64,000 bases of DNA. Source: Candidatus Nanoarchaeia archaeon. Lineage in GTDB: Archaea; Nanobdellota; Nanobdellia; Jingweiarchaeales; Jingweiarchaeaceae. How positions within the stretch are numbered: position 1 is the first letter of the stretch; the number at the start of each line of letters is the position of its first letter. The stretch covers positions 136,701 to 200,700 of the forward strand of contig JAVZDD010000001.1 in the NCBI GenBank assembly GCA_038874075.1. Direction: 5' to 3'. Made by a program: the position numbers and the translations under genes. The notes beneath the pieces are model-generated. The model saw only the letters and a program-made list of their open reading frames with translations, did not search any database and was not told the DNA's origin. Of this stretch, positions 10,639 to 19,591 are shown piece by piece.

Positions 10639-10899
10639 CTAAATCAACTTCAGTTTTGTTGCTACATCTATCGCTTTGAATTCTTTATTTAATTTTACGA
10701 TTGCTTTTTTTTCTCCCTTTATCGTGAGCATTGTCCTAACATTATCTACCTTCACGTTGAAAAGCTTTTCAACAGCATTTTTTATTTCGTTTTTATTTGC
10801 CTTTTTGTCAACGATGAAGGCAAGTTTATTCTCTTTCTCCATTAATCTAACTACCTTTTCGGTTGAAATTGCATTTTTTATTATCTCTTCTGGTTCCAT
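10639..10899 (-). CDS. rpl23: 50S ribosomal protein uL23
   Basis: 86 aa, ISTEKVVRLMEKENKLAFIVDKKANKNEIK. Confidence 0.85.
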   Translation of the reverse strand: MEPEEIIKNAISTEKVVRLMEKENKLAFIVDKKANKNEIKNAVEKLFNVKVDNVRTMLTIKGEKKAIVKLNKEFKAIDVATKLKLI

Positions 10900-10905
10900 T
10901 TTTCA

Positions 10906-11721
10906 TCACAAAAATTTATTTTTTAATTCCTCGATCGCTGATTTTGTCCATATCACAAACCTTCCTGGCTTCCCTCCAGGCGCTAGTTGTTCAACGTTCA
11001 AATCCTTTAAAATTACAGCATCGCATCCTGGAATATTCCTTGCAATTTTGTAAAGATCACAATATTTTGAAACAACGAAAAGTATCCCTTTTTTCTCTTT
11101 ATATCTCCTTCCCCTGAACTTACCTTTTCCTGCCTTTATCTTTTTCTCTTCAGTCCTTTCAAGCTCTTTTTCTAATCTGAAATTCTTTAATACTTTAATC
11201 AAATCTTTTGTTTTTTTCAGATTCTCAATTTTATCCTCGATGATAAGTGGAATTTCAGGAACATCATTTACCTTGTGTCCCCTTGATAATACGAGCTCTT
11301 TTTTTCCAGAAGCAGCAATCGCAGATCTTATTGCTTTCTTCCTCTCTTTTTTATTTATTTTTTTGAAGATTACTTTTTCTGTCCTTGGTGGATGTGCCTC
11401 TCTACCACCAACAGTATGTGGCGCAAAGGCTCCGACAAGGTGAAATTGCATTCCCCTCCTCATCAATGTCTTTCTTGGAGTTCTGCTCCTACCAGCACCA
11501 TAAACACTTTTGTATCTCCTTCTTTCTTTTGTTAACCAAACCACTTTCTTCTTTCCAGCTAGCTCATCTCTACCTTGTGTTTGTTTTTTATGTGATTCCA
11601 ATGCAATGAATACTCTTCTAATTAAATCTTCTCTTACTTCTTCACTAAAGTGCATTGGAAGTTCAACTTCGCCAATTTTTTGGCCATTTATCGAATAAAC
11701 ATTTGCGTTCATTTCATGCAC
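10906..11721 (-). CDS. rpl4: 50S ribosomal protein uL4
   Basis: 271 aa, RSRTPRKTLMRRGMQFHLVGAF; operon position. Confidence 0.9.
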   Translation of the reverse strand: MHEMNANVYSINGQKIGEVELPMHFSEEVREDLIRRVFIALESHKKQTQGRDELAGKKKVVWLTKERRRYKSVYGAGRSRTPRKTLMRRGMQFHLVGAFAPHTVGGREAHPPRTEKVIFKKINKKERKKAIRSAIAASGKKELVLSRGHKVNDVPEIPLIIEDKIENLKKTKDLIKVLKNFRLEKELERTEEKKIKAGKGKFRGRRYKEKKGILFVVSKYCDLYKIARNIPGCDAVILKDLNVEQLAPGGKPGRFVIWTKSAIEELKNKFL

Positions 11722-12712
11722 CTTTTGCTATATGGACAATTTTTGGCGCTTGTTGGAATGTTTTTCTGGATGGTCTAACTGCGAGCCTGAATCTTAAAAG
11801 TCTTTTCCTTGAGCCTGGTACAGAACCAGCAATGAGCATATAATCAGTGTTTACATTTCCATAATTTAAAAATCCACCACTTTTGTTTATCTCTGCTGGA
11901 TTGCTTGAAATTTTTAAAATTACTTTATTAAGTTCTGTTCTTGTCTGAAAGCCCATTTGACCAGCCCTACCAACACGCCATGTCTTTGTGTATGGTCTCC
12001 AAGGTGAGAGTGCTCCTGGTTTTCTTCTCACTCTCTTCGTCTTTCTTGTCAAAATCTTCATTCCATGTCTCATGATTGGCCCTTGTATTCCTTTTCCTTT
12101 CGTTACTGCGATAACGTCAACTTGTTCTCCTTCTTTCAGTACTTCATTTACTTTTATTTCCTTTCCAAGTATTGACCTGGCAAACTCAATTTTTTCCTTG
12201 ATATCCTTTCCACCAATTGCAATTTCAAATATCTCTGGTTTCTTTTTCAATTTTGCTAATCTTGGTTGTGTGTGTGCTAAAATTCGTAAATCGCATATTT
12301 TATTGATGTTTGCTTCGATTTTTTCAAATTCCTTTGCTAATTCTTTTCTCTTTTTGGGAATTTTTATCTTTCTTTCTAAATCTTTACTCAAAGAATCTGA
12401 TAGAATGTCACAAAAAACTTCTTTTTTACCTTGATCCATTCGATAGAATCTTATACCAAAAATTTTTAGTGGTGGTGTTTCAATGATTGTGACGGGTAAA
12501 GCAATTTCTCCTTTGGTTGGCGAATGCTTTCTATCATCAATTACGATCGCATGCGTCATTCCTACCTTATAACCTGCGAATCCGAGAATTCGCTTTTCTT
12601 CAATTTCAGGCCAATTCTTTATTCTAGGATAAATCCTCTTAGCCCTAACCCTAGGCCAATATGCCAAACTGCCCCTGTGTGGATATCTCTTCCTTCCTAC
12701 TTTATGTCCCAT
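11714..12712 (-). CDS. rpl3: 50S ribosomal protein uL3
   Basis: MGHKVGRKRYPHRGSLAYWPRVRAKR..FAGYKVGMTH; first gene of the operon. Confidence 0.9.
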   Translation of the reverse strand: MGHKVGRKRYPHRGSLAYWPRVRAKRIYPRIKNWPEIEEKRILGFAGYKVGMTHAIVIDDRKHSPTKGEIALPVTIIETPPLKIFGIRFYRMDQGKKEVFCDILSDSLSKDLERKIKIPKKRKELAKEFEKIEANINKICDLRILAHTQPRLAKLKKKPEIFEIAIGGKDIKEKIEFARSILGKEIKVNEVLKEGEQVDVIAVTKGKGIQGPIMRHGMKILTRKTKRVRRKPGALSPWRPYTKTWRVGRAGQMGFQTRTELNKVILKISSNPAEINKSGGFLNYGNVNTDYMLIAGSVPGSRKRLLRFRLAVRPSRKTFQQAPKIVHIAKGA

Positions 12713-12979
12713 GCATTACACCGCAATTTTTTAAATACCACTATGTTTTTAAATATTTCTATCCCAGCCGCAGAATTCCGATCAGGTTGCGTATATTAAT
12801 AAATTTTGGGTAATTTAAAAAGTTTTTCTTTTTATCATAGTTATCATTTGATAAATACAAACCCATAATCTTTTTATAGTAGTAAATAATTACGAATAGT
12901 AAAATGAAGAAATGGGTAGCTCATCTTGAGTTTCTATTTATAGCTACGATTCAGATATCTAAAAATTCTGGGGATAAAA
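12713..12979. promoter_or_regulatory. AT-rich divergent intergenic region between rpl3 (minus) and the 706-aa ORF (plus); presumed promoters with several TATA-like TTTAAATA / TTTAAAAA boxes
   Basis: 267-bp non-coding gap upstream of two divergently oriented operons. TATA-like elements are read by eye only. Confidence 0.4.
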
Positions 12980-15100
12980 ATGAAAAATAAAATCACTCTT
13001 GTGGGTCTGGGTGAGCTCGGTCTAGGCACAAAATATGGCTATCCTGAAGCGATAACGGGATTAACACATGTATTGAAAAATGAAGATATTGACGCAATAA
13101 TTATCACTGGTGGCTTATTGCCGAGGGTTCCAAGGGTTGCAAGTAAGAGAAATTCTCAATACCTAGATACGCTTGCATCAGATGAGATAGATTCTATCCA
13201 AAAAGCTTCGATTGAAAGTAAAAAAATAATTGAACCGTTAAAAAATGTCACAAAGAAAGCAAAATGGTATTATGCGTGTGGTGAAGAGGATAGAGGAAAT
13301 CTTGAAGAGCTAGTTGATGTTAGAATTGCTGAAGCATTGGACTTACCAACAATTGTTGAAAATTTGAAAACTAAAATTGCAACATTTAGTGAGCAATTAA
13401 AATCAAAAAAGAGGGAACTTGAACTTCTAAGAGAAGAATTTGAAAAATTTGGTAAGAATAATCATGATAAAAATTATTTAAGTGAATATAGGAAAAGACG
13501 GAGGGAAATAGAGAACGAAATAAAAAGAATCGATACTGAACTTAGGGAAGATGAAGCAAATCTCGTTCAGAGACAAGAGGCATTGAAGAAGTATGGTTTC
13601 ATTAAATTTACTGGACGTTATCCACTAAAAAAAGAGGAACGTGATTTATTCTTAGAAGAGGCAAAAAGAGAGTATAAAGAATTGATCTTTCATAGCATTG
13701 GTCATGATGCAAATATAATTTTACCTGATTCGGAAGCAAATATTAAAGTAAAGGGAATGGAAATTAAAGTTGCGCACAATTCTAACAGAAAATCAGACGT
13801 ACCCTTACAGGTTGGGATACAAAGAAGGGTAATGAAAAATAAATTTAAAAATGTTACAAAAGAAAATGTTCCAGAATTGGATATCGAGGGACATCATGCT
13901 GGTGGATTCAGGGTATACATCCAGCGAAAAAGAAGAAATGTTCCTGAGCAAGTCTTCTATGTTCAGCTACCAACACTTCATCACATTGGAAAACTTGAAG
14001 AAATGCTCGCAGAAGGAATTAATAATTGGGATGTTAAAAGACTTTATGAGGGATATAGCAGCGGTTATGCTTCTGGTGCAGTAATAATGAGAAAAAGAAA
14101 TGATGGTGTAAGAGAATTTGAATTCTTTTCGTCTGATGAATTGGCAAAAATAAAAGATACTGGAATCGAAAGTTTGAGAAACAAACCAATAAAGATAGAA
14201 GCGCTTGCTGATATGCACATAGGTTGTACGAATGAGCCATCACTTCCGAATTCAATGAGTAATTATGCATTGGTGGAAGCATACAAAAATTATCAAAGGA
14301 TTCATGGTTTACCAAATATTATCGTAGCGCTTGGGGATATGGTGCAAGCAGGACCATATCGTGGGGCTGAAAGTGAAAGTAGAGTGGAAATGACAAGATT
14401 CCAGCTTGAGCAAGAAAGAGCTAAAATAATGAAGAGTAATTTGAGTAACGAAGAAAAACTTAAGAAAATTGAAGAATTGGATCGAAGCTACTTGTCATAC
14501 ATACCAATCACGAACATTAGTGAGCAAAAGATGGAGTTGAGGGATAGGTGGATTAAGCCACATGTACATAAAGTACTTGACAATGGTGGAAAAGTGTTGC
14601 TCGTCAGCGGAGATCATTACAACAAAACACTTGGTGGAAAAGAAGACGAGGCAACTGAAATAGCAAATATGATTGATGAGAGATTTAGGGACAAAGTATA
14701 TGTGCTCAAAGGGAATGAGTTCGGAACCGGGAAAAAAGTAATAGACAATTTGAGAATTTACGCGCAGCATAAACCAATGTACTCAAATCAAGATGAAGTA
14801 ATTGGTGGGATGAAACACTTGATTAGAATAAATGAAGATTGCGACATTGCATTCTTTGCGAACTGGCACCATCCTGGTTTTGGTTACATAAATAGCGCTA
14901 GTGGTGGTGTTCTAATCACTGCCTTACCTTCCTTCCAACCTGATAATCCTTATGTATCAGCGATCGGCAAGCAATCTTCAACAAATGGTTTTTACAACAT
15001 CTTCGTAAAACCCGGAAGGCAATGGTTTAAGATTGAAGTTGTGACAGATGATGCGCTATTAAATTATGTGCCTGGATTAGAAAAGAAGCCAAGAGTGTGA
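12980..15100 (+). CDS. Large uncharacterized protein (706 aa). The C-terminal half carries a divergent calcineurin-like metallophosphoesterase motif set; the N-terminal region contains a coiled coil.
   Basis: Motifs in order: LADMHIG (DxH), ALGDMVQAGPYRG (GDxxD..R), LLVSGDHY and LKGNEFG (GNH[DE]-like), MKHL, FANWHHPGFGY (GHxH-like). A K/E/R-rich coiled coil spans residues about 140-230. Separated by 4 nt from the next gene, so operonic. Confidence 0.45.
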   Translation: MKNKITLVGLGELGLGTKYGYPEAITGLTHVLKNEDIDAIIITGGLLPRVPRVASKRNSQYLDTLASDEIDSIQKASIESKKIIEPLKNVTKKAKWYYACGEEDRGNLEELVDVRIAEALDLPTIVENLKTKIATFSEQLKSKKRELELLREEFEKFGKNNHDKNYLSEYRKRRREIENEIKRIDTELREDEANLVQRQEALKKYGFIKFTGRYPLKKEERDLFLEEAKREYKELIFHSIGHDANIILPDSEANIKVKGMEIKVAHNSNRKSDVPLQVGIQRRVMKNKFKNVTKENVPELDIEGHHAGGFRVYIQRKRRNVPEQVFYVQLPTLHHIGKLEEMLAEGINNWDVKRLYEGYSSGYASGAVIMRKRNDGVREFEFFSSDELAKIKDTGIESLRNKPIKIEALADMHIGCTNEPSLPNSMSNYALVEAYKNYQRIHGLPNIIVALGDMVQAGPYRGAESESRVEMTRFQLEQERAKIMKSNLSNEEKLKKIEELDRSYLSYIPITNISEQKMELRDRWIKPHVHKVLDNGGKVLLVSGDHYNKTLGGKEDEATEIANMIDERFRDKVYVLKGNEFGTGKKVIDNLRIYAQHKPMYSNQDEVIGGMKHLIRINEDCDIAFFANWHHPGFGYINSASGGVLITALPSFQPDNPYVSAIGKQSSTNGFYNIFVKPGRQWFKIEVVTDDALLNYVPGLEKKPRV

Positions 15101-15104
15101 TTTA

Positions 15105-15989
15105 ATGGTAAGGATTGTGGGAACTATTCCTCGCTATCAAAAAGACGAAAATTGTAAGATTTGTGAAATAGAGCGAATTGTGGAAAAATCTAATGGAGAC
15201 ATTATCATATTACCTGAAGAATACTTCGGTGGTCCAAAAGTAGCCTATGAAAAGGAAAGCAGCTTGGTTGACAAACTTGAAAAAATTGCAAGAGAAAGAA
15301 ACGTTGGTTTAGTTGTTGGTGTGATAGAAAAGGAAGACGATAAGAAATACCAATCAATCTGGTTCTTTAATGAAAAGGGTAAATTTCTTGGCTCTGAAAA
15401 AAAGTACAACCTTGCTGGATACGAAATGGATCCTGATTTCTACAACCTAAGTGCAAATCCATCAAAATTCTTCGAGAGAGGTGCGTATGAGATTAAGGGC
15501 ACAAAAGGAACTGGGGTCATATGTTGGGAAGTTTATGACTTACATACAAAAGTTGCATGTGATAGTGCCAACATAGACTGGATTGCTAATTTGATAAAGT
15601 TCCCAATTAATTACTTTCCTGTGTATGAAAGGAGTGGGAATAATTATGTAATAAGACAATTGGTGAAATCGGAGGAAGAGTATGTAAGATGGATGGAAAA
15701 ATTACAGGAGCTCGCGAGTGATACATTGAGTTTGGTCATCGCTTCTTGCAACCCAACTTTTCCAGGATTGGAAAATTTGGTGCCAAAGGATGCAAAGGCA
15801 TTGGCGTGTATACTACATCCAAAAAATGGTTTAGTTAGGACTACAAATTTAGAAGGTATGTTCGTTAGTTTTGATTTTGAACCTGAGACGATAAGGAATA
15901 TTAGAGAGAGTAATGATCTAAATGCAAAAGCATGGAGAATAAGACACAAATATGATAACAGAAAGGTGAAAATAGAAAGATCAGGGTGA
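15105..15989 (+). CDS. Carbon-nitrogen hydrolase (nitrilase superfamily) protein
   Basis: Catalytic triad motifs in canonical order: IILPEEYF (Glu), SEKKYNL (Lys), GVICWEVYD (Cys-Trp-Glu). 294 aa. Confidence 0.65.
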   Translation: MVRIVGTIPRYQKDENCKICEIERIVEKSNGDIIILPEEYFGGPKVAYEKESSLVDKLEKIARERNVGLVVGVIEKEDDKKYQSIWFFNEKGKFLGSEKKYNLAGYEMDPDFYNLSANPSKFFERGAYEIKGTKGTGVICWEVYDLHTKVACDSANIDWIANLIKFPINYFPVYERSGNNYVIRQLVKSEEEYVRWMEKLQELASDTLSLVIASCNPTFPGLENLVPKDAKALACILHPKNGLVRTTNLEGMFVSFDFEPETIRNIRESNDLNAKAWRIRHKYDNRKVKIERSG

Positions 15990-16868
15990 AACGAGTTCTG
16001 ATAAAATTTCAATTAAATCTTTTTGTGTTTCAGCAACCCACTTATTCAATCCAAATTGTTTATTGTGATTTGAAATTTCTGGAATTACTTCCCAATCAAC
16101 TGCATGGTCAGGAACTACTTCATATTTTCCAGCTTTTGGCCAGATGTATTTGTGTATTCCAATTACTGGTTTTGAAGATGCAATTGTGTATCCTGTTTCT
16201 ATCCAAGGACCTATGTTGTTTTCATCATCGACCCTTGTGATTATGCCATCTGACATATCAATTAAGTCTAAGCAGTATCTTGCGCCTTTTTTACCTGGCT
16301 GCACTTTCTTGAAGTTTTCTTCTGGTAGTGCAGATAGATCATTGCAGTAATTTTCATAAGGATTGTAGTTATCCACTAATTTCTGTGGATTAATCGCATT
16401 GAAGGCATATCTTTTTAAGAATTCTTCCATCCATACAAAATAACCTGTTTTATCTGCAAATCTCACATCCCCAGCGATGTAGAAAGTTGGTGGACTCTGA
16501 AATCCTTGAAAATTTCTAAAATTTTTTTTACCTCTAAAGTTCTCAATTTTTTGAAGCGTATCACTAATTTGAGAAGTTTCAGTTATGGTTATTGGTAGAA
16601 CGCCATAGAAACCGTAGCTTGGTGCTTCTTTCTTTAAATTCCAAAATGCAATGATAGGTAAATTCAGGCCGAGCGCATAACCAACCCCAGTCCATATCTC
16701 TGGTGTTCTTTGGTCTCTTCTTACGAGAACGAAATCACTATCTTTTATTTTTGAAAGTGAAAATTCAAGATTTTTATTTAAAACCTCTACGTCATTCTTC
16801 TCTAGCTCTTCAAGAACATCATCGATTACGCTTTTTCTTTCGTTTATTGCTAAGATTGTAGTTTTCAT
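15981..16868 (-). CDS. Tandem nucleoside 2-deoxyribosyltransferase-like (NDT / SLOG-fold) protein; N-terminal copy degenerate
   Basis: C-terminal domain has FYIAGDV...DMSDGIITRVDDENNIGPWIETGYTIASSKPVIGI, matching the NDT signatures (hYhAG..; D..G..E.GYA) including the nucleophile Glu. The N-terminal domain has FVLVRRDQRTPEIWTGVGYALGLNLPIIAF with the Glu displaced. Confidence 0.6.
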   Translation of the reverse strand: MKTTILAINERKSVIDDVLEELEKNDVEVLNKNLEFSLSKIKDSDFVLVRRDQRTPEIWTGVGYALGLNLPIIAFWNLKKEAPSYGFYGVLPITITETSQISDTLQKIENFRGKKNFRNFQGFQSPPTFYIAGDVRFADKTGYFVWMEEFLKRYAFNAINPQKLVDNYNPYENYCNDLSALPEENFKKVQPGKKGARYCLDLIDMSDGIITRVDDENNIGPWIETGYTIASSKPVIGIHKYIWPKAGKYEVVPDHAVDWEVIPEISNHNKQFGLNKWVAETQKDLIEILSELVSP

Positions 16869-16914
16869 TCTTTATGCAAAATGAACAACGAATATAAATT
16901 TTACTACTTAAAAA

Positions 16915-17397
16915 TTAAAAAATAATCATATAAAAATCGACTTGTGAACTGTCCTTTCTCCTTTGACCAATTTCTAGGATTACACTTTCAAGATCTTTCT
17001 TTATTTCTTTTGGGATTTTTCTAAAGATGTTACACTCTGGCATTGAATTTTCTTTTCTAAATTCATTTTCTAAGATTTCGGCAAAAAAATGCGCGATCTT
17101 TGCTCTTTCTCCCTTCTTTTTCCAAATCAATTGCGCAAACGATGGATATTTATTATAAAATCTCGGATCCTGCGAATAGCATTCCGTTATCTCGTGGACA
17201 AGAATTGCGCACCTCTCTTTAAAATCTTTGATCATCGAAAATTTATTTGGATTTAATTCTACAATTGGTGGTGTTTTCCATGGATAAGAGGTGCACGCCT
17301 CACCTATTTTATTTTCTAAAAATAAAATTGGTATATCTAAGTTTGTGAAATTTTTAACATAATTTTTTGCTTCTTCTATTTCACTAGAGAATTTCAT
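16915..17397 (-). CDS. Hypothetical protein (160 aa), translationally coupled to the upstream Cas4-like gene by an ATGA overlap
   Basis: ORF only; no recognisable motif. The 4-nt overlap with 17394..18995 indicates an operon. Confidence 0.3.
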   Translation of the reverse strand: MKFSSEIEEAKNYVKNFTNLDIPILFLENKIGEACTSYPWKTPPIVELNPNKFSMIKDFKERCAILVHEITECYSQDPRFYNKYPSFAQLIWKKKGERAKIAHFFAEILENEFRKENSMPECNIFRKIPKEIKKDLESVILEIGQRRKDSSQVDFYMIIF

Positions 17398-18995
17398 TTT
17401 AGATCAAGCGGCTCAGTAATTTGAATGCTACTTCTTAAATTGGTGACGTGTTCAAACGGAAATCTTGAAGATGCTATTCCCACGCTTTGAATTAAACCTT
17501 TTTCTTTTAGTGCTTTCTCCCTAGCTTTGAAGATTTTTTTGAGAAATGTTGTGTATGGTGTACCACATTCCCTTAACTTTTGCATCATTTCTTCTTTAAA
17601 TTCGTTCAATGCTTTTTGCTCCTTACCCACCATCTCATGCTGTTTTTTTCTTCTATAAACAACTGTTCTTTTCCTGTTAATTGGATTGATTATTTCCTGC
17701 TCTCTGACCCATCCAAGATTCTTTGCAATTTTAAGTAAAGTTGAAATCGATGTTGGTGAAATATGTGTATAGGCGCTGATTGTGGAAATTGATCTCTCTT
17801 TATTGTCTTCAAGTCCAAGGAAAAGTATTGTAAAAAGTCTTAGTGTCGAATAGTCATTTGCTTGTCTTTCCATCCATCGTAATTCACTTTCAAGCCCAGT
17901 GATATTTTTTTCTTTTGTCCAATATCGCAATGGCTTAAACTCTTCCTTTATCCTGGCCTCTTTAAGTTTTGTATTTCCATTATCAATTGCGATTTGTGTA
18001 AGCATTCCTTCAATTCCAATCGTCCTTCTTCTACCAATTATATATTCTCCATTTTCATCTTTTCTTGCCACTATCTCTCCCCTTCTCTCAACTGCTTCTT
18101 CTAAGCAAGGTGAGCATCTCTCATAGTATTCAGAATACCTGCATTTCTTCATTCTTCCTGGTTTAACATTAAATTCTTCAATTATTTCTTTTGCTAAAAT
18201 TTCATTTTTTTTCTTCAAATTTGACATTAAATCAGAAATGAATTGGAATTCGTAGAGCTCCCCTTCGCTTGGTTCGTATTCTATCATCTTCTTCGGAAAG
18301 AAAAGATAAAGTAATGATTTCCTTGAATCACCAAGTTCCCTTGCAAGTATGATCTCACCTTGCATTTGTCGCTTGACGATTGAATCAAGGAAACCATCCA
18401 ATTTCATTTCGACAGGAACCGATTGACCTTCGTGAAATTCGATTTTATCCGGTCTTCCAATTAAATTTGTTTTCTTTGAAATTATCTCTGGATTCACCAT
18501 TGCTTTAACATAAATTCCATCAAATGCTTTCTTTGAATTTAAATTTGAATAGAAAATCTCATGAAATCGCTTTGCTTCAAATTCGGATTTTGTGTGAATA
18601 AAAATATTCTTTAGTTTATCTACTTGTTCATCATTTAAGAAAACAAATTTATTGTTGTAATTGAAAATGTCTTGTAGGTATGCATCAGCAATCTTACTCT
18701 TCGTGATTTCTCTGTTTATATCAATGCTATTTCCTCGTTCTATTTTTGAAATCAGATCTGATGCTAATTTTTTATCAACATTACAAGAAATACTGAACAA
18801 ATCATGAATGAGTTTTCCCCTCTCCATAGATCTATTTAAAATTGTTCTTCCACGATTGTATTTCCAGTGCCATTCTAATGGACAATGATCGAATGTAACA
18901 ACTTCGCTAATGGTGTTAAGCATCGATTCCATTTTATTGGATACAAGATTTGGTTTTTTAAGATTTACTCTATAGTAGTAATTATAGATTTTCAC
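17394..18995 (-). CDS. Cas4-like PD-(D/E)xK nuclease with Fe-S cysteine cluster, fused to a C-terminal winged helix-turn-helix domain
   Basis: N-terminal FDHCPLEWHWKY (Cas4 YxxCPRxxW-like). GKLIHDLF; GRPDKIEF...VPVEMKLDG (D...ExK). C-terminal CRYSEYYERCSPC (CxxxxxxxCxxC), completing a 4-Cys cluster. Residues about 390-450 RLFTILFLGLEDNKERSISTISAYTHISPTSISTLLKIAKNLGWV resemble a TrmB/MarR-like wHTH. Confidence 0.6.
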   Translation of the reverse strand: MKIYNYYYRVNLKKPNLVSNKMESMLNTISEVVTFDHCPLEWHWKYNRGRTILNRSMERGKLIHDLFSISCNVDKKLASDLISKIERGNSIDINREITKSKIADAYLQDIFNYNNKFVFLNDEQVDKLKNIFIHTKSEFEAKRFHEIFYSNLNSKKAFDGIYVKAMVNPEIISKKTNLIGRPDKIEFHEGQSVPVEMKLDGFLDSIVKRQMQGEIILARELGDSRKSLLYLFFPKKMIEYEPSEGELYEFQFISDLMSNLKKKNEILAKEIIEEFNVKPGRMKKCRYSEYYERCSPCLEEAVERRGEIVARKDENGEYIIGRRRTIGIEGMLTQIAIDNGNTKLKEARIKEEFKPLRYWTKEKNITGLESELRWMERQANDYSTLRLFTILFLGLEDNKERSISTISAYTHISPTSISTLLKIAKNLGWVREQEIINPINRKRTVVYRRKKQHEMVGKEQKALNEFKEEMMQKLRECGTPYTTFLKKIFKAREKALKEKGLIQSVGIASSRFPFEHVTNLRSSIQITEPLDLK

Positions 18996-19078
18996 ATAAA
19001 AATATCAAAATGACTACAAAATGTAGTCAATTCTGAATTCCAGGAAAAAATTTATCCAAGTAAAATATTGTTTTAACC

Positions 19079-19591
19079 ATGGATCTGTTTGTTGATAAGG
19101 AAAAAATAGTATGGATATTGTTTCTGTTTCTAATTTTTTTGAATAGTGTGGTAAAGCCAGAATTGGAGGAGCAAATAGAAAGAATGGAAATAATTAGGTT
19201 AAGTTTGGAGAAATCAGCTGAAGAAATGAGGCAAACAACAGAAAGTTTCGAGAAATCAATAAAGGAATTGCAAGAAACACAGAATAAAAGTGAAGATTGG
19301 ATTAGGTTGAGGAATTTGATGGAAATAACCAGTTCGTTGAATGTAAGTAGGTGTGAAGAAATCAAAGAAGAAGTTTTTCAGATACTTTGCGTTGGATACA
19401 TAGTGAATGAAACGCAAGATTACACAAAATGTTGGCAGATAAATGAGTCTTCAATTGTCTACAATAATAGTTTAAGGGATTGGTGTTTTTATTTTAGTGC
19501 GCTTGTTGAACTAAAAAATGCTTCACTATGTAATTATGTTAGTAATACTTCTCTTAGGCAAGAATGTTTTTTAAGATCAAGAAATATTTAA
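19079..19591 (+). CDS. Small secreted/membrane-anchored cysteine-rich protein (170 aa), unknown function
   Basis: N-terminal hydrophobic segment IVWILFLFLIFLNSVV, coiled-coil middle, eight Cys in the C-terminal half. Confidence 0.3.
   Translation: MDLFVDKEKIVWILFLFLIFLNSVVKPELEEQIERMEIIRLSLEKSAEEMRQTTESFEKSIKELQETQNKSEDWIRLRNLMEITSSLNVSRCEEIKEEVFQILCVGYIVNETQDYTKCWQINESSIVYNNSLRDWCFYFSALVELKNASLCNYVSNTSLRQECFLRSRNI

Noticed and set aside
17394-18995. Cas4-like gene as indicator of a CRISPR-Cas locus
   Set aside because: No direct-repeat array is visible anywhere in the window and no cas1, cas2 or effector genes flank it. It is treated as a standalone Cas4-family nuclease.
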